Origin: Octopus sinensis
Lineage: Eukaryota
Assembly (NCBI RefSeq): GCF_006345805.1
Contig: NC_042998.1
Coordinates: forward strand, 5,146,001 to 5,210,000
Length of the DNA: 64,000 nucleotides
Direction: 5' to 3'
In this document: in pieces, positions 1 through 11,399 of the stretch
Numbering within the stretch: the stretch's first letter is position 1
Layout: each line of letters begins with the position of its first letter
Notes under the pieces: model-generated
Told to the model about the DNA's origin: nothing
What the model saw: only the letters and a program-made list of their open reading frames with translations
Databases searched by the model: none
Translations under genes and position numbers: made by a program

Positions 1-94
1 TATATTTTTTATATATGTATATAACTTCATGTATATAACTTTATTGCTCTAGATTTTAGGGTGCACTTCTTTATCTGATATATGATCCGATATA

Positions 95-257
95 TGCATA
101 CATACACGCATACATACATATATACATACAAACATACATATATGCATGTATGCATACACCATATAGGCATGCATACATACATACATACACACATACATAC
201 GTACATACACACATACATACATATATACATACATACATACATACATACATACATACA

Positions 258-290
<33 letters not shown>
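95..290. repeat. (TACA)n microsatellite
   Basis: Direct tandem TACA/CATA run; explains the MYVC and HTYI ORFs. Confidence 0.95.
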
Positions 291-291
<1 letters not shown>

Positions 292-759
292 CAGGGTTCA
301 GCCGTTAAAGTTCTCTGGAAAGTTCAGTTCTTTTAAAAGTTCATGTACAATATATATTTTTACAGCTGACAACACCGAATCTTATTAACTGGTAAGATAA
401 ACAAACACAAAAACTTGCTGCAACTGGCATTTGAAATGCTATATATATATATGTATATATTGTCATTGAAACTCCACAGGGAAGTAAGAAAAGCAGATAT
501 ACTCCATATTTATATTTAACAGCTAGCATAATCAATGCATACATTGGAATAATAATGTGGCAACAAATTTTCTGTGTTCAATGAAATTCAATTAATACAC
601 GATGTAGAGATGGGAATAAATAATTTTACTCATATTTATTGTTATTATATCCAAACATTCATGTTAACCAGCACGCAAATATATTGAAATCAATTTTAAA
701 TTGATGTGCTATATATTGTTGTTGTTAAATGCATTAGACTTTAATGATGCAAACACTCA

Positions 760-1075
<316 letters not shown>

Positions 1076-1084
1076 TATGATGGA

Positions 1085-1375
1085 CTCTTCCTTTGCAGAC
1101 GACGTATGAGCGTTCAGTTTTGCCGAACGACCTGCACAAAAGATTTGTTGATAATTATCAAATGTTCGTTTGCACATTAGCTAACTCACTCTTTCAAATC
1201 GATGTTGTCTGACCAGTTGCACTGTGTAACACGCGTCGATTGTCAACGCAATCGGAGAACAACGTGAGATGAAACGTTTTGCTCAAGAATACAACGCACC
1301 ACCCGGTCTAGGAACCGAAATCACGATCGTTGGATCGTGAATGCAACAAACTAAACCCTTGGTCATGCGCCCTCG
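1085..1375 (-). mobile_element. Degenerate tRNA-derived SINE (family C)
   Basis: Reverse complement gives a tRNA-like head (gagggcgcatgaccaagggtttag...ggtttcggttcctagaccgg-like) followed by gttgtattcttgagcaaaacgtttcat; the same block occurs at 44470-44642 and 15412. Confidence 0.6.
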
Positions 1376-1918
1376 CACATATATGTATGTATATAACTTT
1401 TAAGTTTGTTTACGGGATCTGTTTTGATTATGCAGGTAAAATTCTTATTACATCATTCCGGCCACAGCCTAATGATGCTGACAGATGAGCCAATTTTTGG
1501 TTACCTCGAGTTATACCAATATAATGAAGGATAAATGTAATTTCTTAAAGATAAATATAATAACTTGTCCTGTGCTTTTCCAGGTTTATAATCTTAAAAA
1601 TATTATTTCTCTTGCTCGCGTTTTTCCATATAATCCATATTTCTTACAGGTTATGCTATTATGCTTTTTAATAAAGTGTCAATAATTTACGATTTTACCC
1701 AACTGCAAATTGAATAATAAATTGACTAAATATTACGGGACTGTGTTAACATGATATAATTGCATTAATTAATAGAGAGGATGCGATTAAACTAATTGAA
1801 CCTTAGACATGTCGTTGATAATCTTTTCCTTACCTCAATGATGTTGGTGACACATTAAAAGTCCCCTTGAAGAACTATATTCATAAAAAGGTGCACAAGT
1901 ATATTATAACCCAGCTAA

Positions 1919-1959
1919 GTAATTATAGATAGACAGGTAACTATACATATATATGTATA
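1919..1959 (+). repeat. 41-bp direct repeat, copy 1 (partner 8253-8293)
   Basis: gtaattatagatagacaggtaactatacatatatatgtata is identical at both sites. Confidence 0.9.
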
Positions 1960-1963
1960 TATG

Positions 1964-2027
<64 letters not shown>

Positions 2028-2471
2028 TGTATGTATATGTATATGATTACTAGCAGTATTGCCCCGCTCGTGCGCTCGTGCGTTCAATCAAAATTCAATT
2101 ATTTTGGTTTTAAAATCAAGCATTTAATGCCCTCTATTTTTGCGCTTATGTGTTCCATTTCCTCAATAGGAAGTACGTAGAAGCGTTTCATAAATTTTTA
2201 CTGATCAAATAATTGCATTGTTGAGTTATTCTTTTAGATCAGTATTTCTCAACGGGGATTTCAGGGGAGTATTTCAGGGAGTTGCTGGCGATGTATCGTG
2301 ATGATCAAAAATCCGGCCTGCTAAAATTTGGTTAAAGTGATTCAAACTGCAGACTCAATGGTCTCATTTAATTCGAAGCGTTAAAAATGTTATGAAAACA
2401 ATTAGTATGTGTTCACAAAGTCCAAACGATTAATACGAAAAAGCCCTCCAGGCTACATCCCGAAAGTTCAT

Positions 2472-2487
2472 TTCTTTGCCGAATTTC
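2472..2487 (+). repeat. Target-site duplication of the Tx1 LINE (left copy)
   Basis: ttctttgccgaatttc, identical to 7829-7844. Confidence 0.93.
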
Positions 2488-2719
2488 AAATTCTTTATTA
2501 CCCACTAGGGGCGACATAGACAAGAACATGACAATCACGAATGATGATACAATAAGATGCTTTGTGGGATCAATTTAAAATTTTGGCTGAACAATAAAAT
2601 CGAATGAAATTACAATTACAAAGACACATTTACAAATTGACAGAATGCAGTGGGGCGGGTCCGCGGACCCTACGCTCCCCGCCACGACACTTAGACTTGT
2701 GTTTACTTTTTTTCCAGGT

Positions 2720-5700
2720 CTATCTCGCATTTGTGAGGGACCTTTTATTCGCCACATTCTTCCACCTTTCATCGAACACTTTCTTACTCAGGCTCCACCT
2801 CTCCAGTTCTATTTGTCTTTTCAGGTGGAATTTGAAGTATTCCACAAGACTAGAACCGGAGATGAAGTCGCCTGTTAGCATCCCTTTCACCCGCGTCTTC
2901 CATACTGCCTGTTTCGCAATTGAAACCACAGAGAGAAAACAATTCTTACCTTCTTTCGTTAAGAAATCAGGTGGGCTGATTTTCACAATGGATTCGGCTG
3001 ATAGCTGTACTCTTCCTCCACTTGACATCAGTTGTTCGGCATAAACCCACATGTCTGTTACCTCCGGGCACTGCACGATCGCGTGCGAGACGGTTTCCCT
3101 ATCTCGCCCACATCTCGCGCAGGTCGGGCTGACTGGGGCACCGTGCCTTGCGAGTTTATCTCGAACAGGTAAGGCTCCTCGGTAACACTGCCAAGCCAAA
3201 GACTTCTGGAAATTATCCAGTGCCTTCGGCACGAATGTACGTTGGAAAAGACTGGCCAGCTGATTATCGTCGAAACCTAGGGTTTCCCCTAGTGTATCAT
3301 CGTTACCGGCCTCTACAAAACCTCTATAAAACACAGCGGTAGAACCACTGCCGCAGGCATTGCCCGAGCGACGGAATAGTCGGAGTGCCTTGCGGCACTC
3401 CGTGTACCATGTACCCAACTTCGATCTACGATTATACCAGTCTTCTCGTCCACCGAAACTGGTGAACCTGGGAAACATCTGCTTCGCCAGCGGAGACCAC
3501 ACCCGTTCACCATCCAGATGGAGCCACAGGTGCCTTAGCCTCAGCGCATTTCTGCGCATCATTAGCCACGGCATCCCTAGTCCACCCTGTAACGGTTTTT
3601 GACAACAAATAGAGCGTTTCACAAGTGGTTTCGAGCCCTTCCACAAAAAGTGAAAGAGCTGTCTCTCCAACTTGTTCAACCACGAATCCGGGCAAGGCAC
3701 GACGGCAAGGCGGTAGGTGATCACCGATGCGATAAACACATTGGCTACCTCCGCCCTACCTTTCAGGGATAACCACCGCCAAGACCAGGTCTTGACTACT
3801 GCGGTCACCCTGCTCGATACCTCGCTCCAGTTCTTCTCTATTTGGAGGCCTGGTCCAAACCAAACCCCGAGCAACTTAATCGGGCCCTCCGTCCAACGTC
3901 CCACGACGCTGTCTGGAGGCATCGACTTGCCTCTCCAGGTGCCGAGTTGCAAGCCGACTGACTTTTCACGATTAACCTTTGCTCCTGTCACCGTCTCGTA
4001 AACCTCTATGGCCTTGCCTACTTTACGTAGGAGGTCCATTTCGGTCACGATGATAGTGATGTCATCCGCGTACGCCGAAACCGACATTCCACGAACTGGC
4101 TGCCTCGGGATGCCACTCAGTTTTCGCAGCAGCGGCTCGAGAGCCACTACATACAAAAGCGGGGAGAGCGGACATCCCTGACGGACCGAGCGTTTGACCT
4201 TGAACGGCTTAGAAATAAAGCCGTTCACCCGAACTACCGAGTCGACGTTGTCATACAATTGTATGATCTACCTGGGGAAGCCAAGACCCAGGCCGAACTG
4301 AGCCAGGACGGACCCCAGGTAACGATGGTCGACCCTATCGAAAGCTTTTGACTGGTCTAAATGGACCACTGCCCCTCCCTTGCCGGGATCGTTATCCATT
4401 CCCTCTATCGTGTATCTAATTAGATGGAGATTATCCTGAATGGTTCTGCCCGGTACGGCGCACGTTTGCGCTTTCCCGATCAGTCCATTCGCGACATGCG
4501 CCAATCTGTTCGATAACACTTTGGCCAAAATCTTCAACTCTGCGTTAAGCAGAGTGATGGGCCTGAAATTATCAATGAAGTCCCCCTTGCTCTGGTCCTT
4601 CCTGACTAGTGTCACCACTCCCCGGCGCACAGATCTGGGTATGAACCCATTCTGCTGCCAGTTCGCGTAGACGTTCGCCAGTAAGTTCCCGAACAAGTCC
4701 GGCATACTTTTATAAAGCTCGTAGGGCAGACCATCCAGCCCCGACGCCTTACCCGCACCGCAGTCTGCCATGGCCTCCATTACCTCCTCAGGCGTGATCG
4801 GCTTCTCACTACACTCCGCGTCCTGCCCCGAGAGCCGCGGCAGTCCGTCAAGGAGGTCCGTAAGGTCCCTCCTCTCATCCGGCCCGCCGCCACCCCCAAA
4901 GAGCTGGGCGAAGTGGTCCTGAAAAGCTTGACACATCTCATCGGGCTCGTCTGTCAACTTACCTTGTTGGTTCGTCAGAGATCGAATTGTGGCATCGTTG
5001 CCACGTTGGGCTTCCACCACTCGGGCCCATCTCGCGGCATTAATTCATTCGCTCCCCATTGTACGTTGTCTAGCTCTGACAATGCAATCCATGTGTTTGG
5101 CTTCGAGGTGCTGGTTTAAAACCAGTCTCTTGGCCTTCACCTGAGCCGCTTTTCCAGTTCGCATTGCTTCCTCTAGGTCCTTAACTAGAGTAGTTTCTTT
5201 TCTAGCCTCTCTAGCTACGAGATCTATACTATATCTAATAGACTCATATCTTATGGCTCGCTTGAGGGCATACCACCATTTGTTGTTGATAATGGAGTCG
5301 GTCATGGCCCTCTGGATCATTAACCTAATCCTGTCACTGTACTCCTTAATCGCCAAAAGGGACGTATTAAGTTTCCAGTACGTCTAGCTTACAGGTGACC
5401 ATCTTGTGGTCACTGTAGCTGACTATGTGGAGCTGTGGACTCTTAACTAGGTTTCTATCTACCTTCCTAATTAAAATCCTCTCTATGTATGACCTTGACG
5501 ATCCGTCGCTGTTTGTCCATGTCCACAATGGAGCGTCCGGATGTTCCAGTCTATATGGATCTACCAGCTCAAAACGTCTTAGCAGATCCAGGAAGCAAGC
5601 ATTTCCTTTCCTGTCTGTTTGCGAGCCTACACAGTCTACCCGCACATTGCAGATTGTGTTGTAGTCTCCTAACATTACTAAAGGGCACGATGTACTGAGA

Positions 5701-6086
5701 AACTTCTCCAGATTCCGAAAATACTCACTATTCCCCTTATTATTGGGGGCGTAAACCGCAACCAGTCTGATTGTCTTACGACTGCTGAACGTCAAATCAA
5801 CGACGACCAGCCTACCTTCTGGATCTGCAAAAATCAACTTTTTCTCAGAAACCCGGTTCTTTTTCACCAGGACCAACACCCCACTTCCGCCGACCGACGG
5901 GTTCGGAGAGATAATTCTCTCGTAACCGTCGAACAGCGGGAGCAGATCTCTTGGCCCTTTTAACCGGGTTTCTGTGGCAACAACAACATCTAAATCCCGT
6001 GACCTGATGTCATTTAGGAAGCGCCCTTGCTTCCAGCTCGCCATCAAGCCACGCACATTTACACATCCTACACAAATACGAGACAT
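2720..6086 (-). pseudogene. Tx1 ORF2 (APE endonuclease, reverse transcriptase, zinc finger), broken by several indels
   Basis: ORF pieces: 5367-6086 (MSRICVGCVNVRGL...SDHKMV), 5045-5356 (preceded by YWKLN), 4268-5020 (GLDGLPYELY, FRPITLLN, DQSKAFD) and 2720-4258 (QGCPLSP, YADD, CARC...HAIVQC). Confidence 0.9.
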
Positions 6087-7587
6087 TTTACTTACCTTAC
6101 GATGGTGTCCCTGTAGGTCGGGGGTGAAGTCCGCTTTAATCAGTGACTCGTCCACTTCGAGCTGCGGACCCCTTATGTCCCCTGCAAACTGTGCGTTTAT
6201 TATGTTATAGTTCAAAAGGTCCAATTTGTAAATTTCTACATTTTTATGTAGATTTCTATGGGTTTTTATTTTTCCCGCGCTTGGTATGTTTCCAATTGCG
6301 CTTCTAAGTCTGTCGTTGTCCTTATTTATTGCAGCATATACTATTTGAAATTCTGTAACTCTTTTTTGTGGGCTTTGTGGGGGTGATGGGGAGGAGGTGG
6401 AGGGGGAGACCGGGGAGTATGACGGGGAGAAGCACGGGGAAGTCGTGTGGAGGGGAGGGTAATGCTGGGTACTGTGGGGTGGGGGTGGTTCGAGTTGGTC
6501 TGGGCGGGTCTTATCTTTTTTCCCTTTTTGTGGGGAACCAAGTTTGGGAGGGGTGGGTTTCCCTCCCTGGGTGTTGGTCTTTTTTATGCCAGGGTTTGGT
6601 GTGTTCATGTCTGTGTTTTTTTCTTTTTTTCACCTTCCTTGGCGTTACGAAATCGTCTTCTTGTGTTTTCTCTTCTTCTGTTATGATATTTTTTCTCCTC
6701 TCCTCTTCTTCTGTTTTTCTCTTCTCTTCTTCCTCCTTCTTGCGGGCGGGGCATTCTGCTCGGATGTGGCCCTTTTCGCCACACCCGTAGCATCTGGGCT
6801 TACGCCCCTCCACCACCACCCGCAAGTTTATGTCGTCATCGAAGTCGATACTTTCGGGGACCTCCTCTAACGTCTCTGGCGCAGCCTGCACTATTACCTG
6901 CAGCGCCTGTCCCTTTCAATTCTCCATCTTAATCTTGGTTATGTTGATAATTTTTATTTTTCCTTCCATCCCCATGAATAGGGCTGGGATGAGGCTCTTT
7001 ACTTCAATTTCTATCGGGATCTCTTCTATTTTGATCCTCGATGTACGCCTCCCCATATAGGAGGGTAGAAGAATGATTTCATTCGTTCTAATGGGGTTGA
7101 TTGAATGAATCTTCGCTTTTTCTTCTTCTTTGAAGTATGCCACAATTGTGGCATACTTCCTTCCCCATGTAACGTATTCTATGTCAGCCCAAATTGGTTT
7201 TAGGCATTTTTCTGCCTGCTCTTTTGTAATTTTTCCTATTTGTTTCTCCTTGATTAAGAACGATTTAAAAGTCACTATTTTCTTCATCGTATTTGTTTTG
7301 ATTTCTTTGGGGAGGGTAGCCTTTATGCTGTTTCCCTCCCTCTTATACATTTCCTTGTATTCTTCGAAGTCTATTTCTTCTGGGTCGATGTCCTCTGTCT
7401 TCCTGCCTGCTGCGGCGGCAAAGTTGAACGTTTTTTTTTCTGTTTCAATTGTCGGTGAAATTGTTTCAGGTTCTCCTGGTTTGTTTTCTTTTGTAGGTGA
7501 ACCTACAATTTTTCCTTTTGTAGGTGAACCTACATTCTTTGCCTTTGAAGGTGAACCTTCATTGGTAATTACTTTTTTGTTATCCAT
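6087..7587 (-). pseudogene. Tx1 ORF1 (gag-like, CCHC knuckle, Glu/Lys-rich then Pro-rich tail), two frameshifts
   Basis: Likely start MDNKKV at 7587; CYGCGEKGHIRAEC lies in ORF 6511-6891; the Pro/Ser-rich segment is in the N-terminal part of ORF 5367-6608. Confidence 0.8.
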
Positions 7588-7828
7588 TTTCACAAAAATG
7601 GATATATGTATTTTTTTTTTTTTTTTTTTTAATTGTGTTAACACACAAAATATATATTTCACAATACTTCCCCTCCTTAAAGGAGGGGAATAACAAAGTT
7701 CTCTGGTTCACAAACCAGTCAAATTTTCAAAACAACGTTTTAACAACAAATTTTCAACAAGGTAAATCAAACACAATTATTAACAATATTTTAGCTTACT
7801 TTCAACACACAACCGACGCCTTCAAAAA

Positions 7829-7844
7829 TTCTTTGCCGAATTTC
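7829..7844 (+). repeat. Target-site duplication of the Tx1 LINE (right copy)
   Basis: ttctttgccgaatttc, identical to 2472-2487. Confidence 0.93.
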
Positions 7845-8252
7845 TACAATGTTTACGGCAATTCGTTTTTATATCTTGATTTTTTATTTTTCATGCACTT
7901 TACGCAAGCTTGCACGCGTTGTGAACTCAGTTCCCGTCAAACAGCTGACTGAGTAAGGTTCACTATTCAATGCATGGGATAAGGCCTAAACAAACACATT
8001 ATCGATTTTTGCACTTGCGGGATGAATTTCGGAACAGAAATAGCGCAGTTCAATTTTGATTCGCCTAAACTTTAAGTGATCCATTTTTGGTGGTTCTACG
8101 ATTTGTTGACTAGGAGGAGATGTGCCGGGAAGTTAAACACACAGACACACACACAGATACACACACAGACACACAAGTTGAGTTTTATATATATAGATTT
8201 ATATATGTGCGTGTGTGTGTGTGTGTGTGCGGGTACGTCTGCACCTAGCTAT

Positions 8253-8293
8253 GTAATTATAGATAGACAGGTAACTATACATATATATGTATA
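8253..8293 (+). repeat. 41-bp direct repeat, copy 2
   Basis: Identical to 1919-1959. Confidence 0.9.
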
Positions 8294-8396
8294 AATATAT
8301 GTAGACATGTATGTATGTATATATATATATATATAACATAAAATAATAATAATATATAATATATAATATATATATATAATAATATATATATATATA

Positions 8397-8438
<42 letters not shown>

Positions 8439-8912
8439 TTCAAAACAGGAGATTGAAAAAGTTTTTAGTATTCTTGAGTAGTATATGGTAAATAAATGAT
8501 ACAAAAAAATTTGCTAATCTCCTGTTTTGATATTATTACTCTGCAGAAAATATTTTCCAGGATTTTCAACTCTTATGCATATATCTCACAAATATAACAT
8601 CTACACGCTGAAATAAGCAGATATGCTTGAATAGGACAAAACTTGGTCTTTAACGCTATCTACATAATATGTATGAATATATATACATTCCTGGTGCCTT
8701 CAGCGACCTTATCATAGAAATGCTTTTCCTGAACTATTTTTTACTTTTCTCCTGACCTTTCTTCTTTCCTCTTTCTGGCGAAGGTTTAAACGAGAGATAG
8801 ATAATGTTTGAATGGCTAGCTGTGGCCTGTGCCGATTAGAAAAAGAGTAAATTTGGAGTTAGACAATTATTTCTTTTGTTCTTGAAATTAATCGTTATCA
8901 ATTTCATCTATT

Positions 8913-8975
<63 letters not shown>

Positions 8976-9691
8976 TCTTCATTCTTGTTTTGTTTCTTTC
9001 AAATGAACAGATCAATTTTCATACATAGTTTATGTGCGCCCTCTCTCCTGTTTCTGTTTACTCCATTCATTATATGCTGCATTATCATCCAAATACTCTC
9101 CTGATCTACTGTTTCTCTGTGGTCCCTATTCACTCGGCTCATGCACTGTCTCTTCCCATATTTTTTTTTATTTATCTTCTTCTTTACTTTCAGTTAATCC
9201 CATCGCTTCTCACTTAACCAGATAAGCACTCTTACTCCATCCCATAGATACTCTATACCCTTTTCTTTTCCCCTCTCATTCTTGCTCTGTTTCTGTCTTT
9301 GTGAAACCAAAAGCATCTTTGCCTGGTTTTTGCATTCATTCTTGTCTAACAACTCTTTTATCACTTTAAACATCATTTTCCTTCTACCTGTTCCATCTCC
9401 GTTTCTTAACTCAGGTAGCCATAAACATTGAGAAGCCGTATAAAGAGGAGATAAAATGGGAGATTGAACTTTAAATTAAGCAATTTCATTCTGCTTCAAA
9501 TGATTTCTAATTTAAATTTATACCCTTCAGTTCCATAGACAAATACAATTTGACTAGAAGATCTATTAATTAAAATTTTAAGTGTATAAAGTCAAAAGTA
9601 GCAAGTCCAATGACAGTAGTAACAACATTATAATTATTTTTTTTTAAAATCTTAACTGCTGAGCCAATCGAGTATATAGTACATTTGATTA

Positions 9692-10107
9692 AGGCGGCGC
9701 GCTGGCAGAATTTTTAGCACGCCGGGCAAAATGCTTAGCGGTGTTTCGTCTGCCGCTACCTTCTGAGTTCAAATTCCGCCGAGGTCGACTTTGCCTTTCG
9801 TCCTTTCGGGGTCGATAAATTAAGTACAAGTTACGCACTGGGGTCAGTGTAATCGACTTAATCCGTTTGTTTGTCCTTGTTTTTCCTCTCTGTGTTTATA
9901 CCCTTGTGGGTAGTAAAGAAATAGGTATTTCGTCTGCCGTTACGTTCTGAGTTCAAATTCCGCCGAGGTCGACTTTCCCTTTCATCCTTTCGGGGGTCGA
10001 TTAAATAAGTACCAGTTACGCACTGGGGTCGATGTAAACGACTTAATCCGTTTGTCTGTCATTGTTTGTCCTCTCTGTGTTTAGCCCCTTGTGGGTAGTA
10101 AAGAAGA
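9692..10107 (+). mobile_element. tRNA-derived SINE family A, tandem dimer (full unit plus headless unit)
   Basis: Head GGCGGCGCGCTGGCAGAA, B box GAGTTCAAATTCC, core gtcgactttgcctttc..cctttcggggtcgataaattaagtac, tail ccccttgtgggtagtaaagaa. The 18-bp TSD atatagtacatttgatta at 9674-9691 and 10108-10125 brackets both units. Confidence 0.9.
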
Positions 10108-10489
10108 ATATAGTACATTTGATTATTTCACTTGCCAAATTAATTTAAAACAAATGTTTCAAAAAGTGTTCCCTACAGCGACAGTCAGCTTGTCAGTTAC
10201 CTAAGACATTTATTTATGCGTTTAAATCCCGCCAACGTGCATGGTCTTAATGAGCATTAAAATATATTCCGGCACTGCACTGCACTCAGTGAGGACTGAA
10301 AAAATCTTACGCTTTTCTGCCAACTGTTAAGTTTCTTCCAGTATAACAAATTTCTATCTTTTGCTTGGAACTCACATTTGTAAGTTACAGGGATTTTGCT
10401 GTTATTTACTCCATGCTCTTTTAACTTTCCCAAAACTCTTTTTGTTTTCAGACCCCTATCTGGATTATCTCTGTTGTCAAAACATTATA

Positions 10490-11334
10490 CGAAGTCTGAT
10501 CGATAAGTATCTCGACCGTTGCCATAATAACGAAGTTAAATCACGCAGAGTAAAGCCGCACGGCACAGATTGACTTCGACCTATGTTGTGCATGCACACT
10601 AATGTTTAGCGTTCTAGCTCACTTACACTGTTTACAGTAGTGCTTGGAAGAAAGGTGTGTAGCGTGTAATCATCACATTGACCGTGACAGAAAATGTCCT
10701 GATGACACCGAAGCAGAGGCCTACACAAAGTTGCAGAAAGTGTATGACTCGCGCACAAGAGTGGCCGAAAACAATGTCGATAGTGACGAACGTCCTGGGA
10801 GACCTGCAGCCAGCAGAACTGGAAATAATATCGGAGATGTGCGTACAGCTGTGAGGGGAAATCGTCGATTCACCATCCGTGAGTTATCAGAGGATGTGCA
10901 GATTAGGTACGGTTCCGTTCAGTCCATTATCACTGAAGATTTGGGTATAAGAGGCGTGTCTGCCAAATTTGTGCCAAAACTGATTCCAGCTGACCAAAAT
11001 GACACTCGAGTCTCAGTTGCACAAGATCTTCTTGATTGTGTCGAGGATGAGGAAAAGTTTTTGAAAACTTTGCATAGGCCTCTGAGCAGGAATCGCCAAA
11101 CGTTTGACAAAATATGATCCAGATTCTCTGCTCAACTTTCTCTGTCATGTTCAATGCGGTGTTACACACGTTACTTCCAAGCACTTCTGTAAATAGTAGA
11201 AGTGATCTAGTAGGTCAAAACTTAGTGGGCATGCACAGCAAAGTTTCAGGTCAATCTGTTCCGAGTGGCTCAACTCAGCATGCTTTAGCTTCGTTACTAT
11301 GGTAACAGTCCAGATACTTATTGATCTCACCACG
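10490..11334 (+). mobile_element. Tc1/mariner derivative composed of two inverted left ends
   Basis: TA dinucleotides flank both ends. Imperfect terminal inverted repeats (gatcgataagtatctcgaccgttgccataataacgaag / gatcaataagtatctggactgttaccatagtaacgaag) extend about 250 bp, and each arm carries a transposase N-terminus. Confidence 0.85.
10644..11117 (+). pseudogene. Mariner transposase N-terminal HTH fragment (no DDD catalytic domain)
   Basis: DERPGRP...NRRFTIRELSE...SVQSIITEDLG...VSAKFVPKL motifs are typical of the mariner/SETMAR HTH; the fragment is truncated at KFLKT. Confidence 0.85.
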
Positions 11335-11399
11335 TACTTTGATAAATTTCTTACGAAATGTATACTTAAATATCATTTAGAAATGTATTCACATCTGTT

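Larger units (their letters stand above)
2488..7828 (-). mobile_element. Full-length L1/Tx1-clade non-LTR retrotransposon (5341 bp)
   Basis: ORF1 has a CCHC knuckle. ORF2 has an APE endonuclease (VNVRGL, GDYN, SDH), RT (DQSKAFDRV, QGCPLSPLLY, YADD) and a C-terminal CxxC...HxxxxC finger. Perfect 16-bp TSD; the 3' end is ...GTGGGTAATAAAGAATTT with no poly(A). Confidence 0.93.
2050..8197 (-). mobile_element. Non-autonomous Helitron (Lep1-like architecture, ~0.8 kb when empty) interrupted by the Tx1 LINE
   Basis: Minus strand starts A|TCTATATATATAAAACTC at 8197, followed by a (TGTC/TG)n tract. It ends GC-rich hairpin-like GCACGAGCGCACGAGCGGGGC-AATACTGCTAG|T at 2050. TC...CTAG termini inserted between A and T are canonical for Helitrons, and the architecture matches 29776-30157 and 63314-63707. 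Confidence 0.7.

Noticed and set aside
2238-2260. cagtatttctcaac resembling a hAT/Charlie TIR
   Set aside because: No matching inverted end or 8-bp TSD was found, and the segment lies inside the Helitron body.
2575-7952. Antisense and alternative-frame ORFs overlapping the Tx1 LINE (e.g. 2604-3044, 6368-6790, 7130-7693)
   Set aside because: Shadow ORFs of the LINE coding strand with no independent motifs; the same applies to those overlapping the RTE and CR1.
9692-10107. Regularly spaced ~182-bp repeats that could suggest a CRISPR-like or satellite array
   Set aside because: The units are whole SINE bodies with no unique spacers, and there are no cas genes; the context is eukaryotic.
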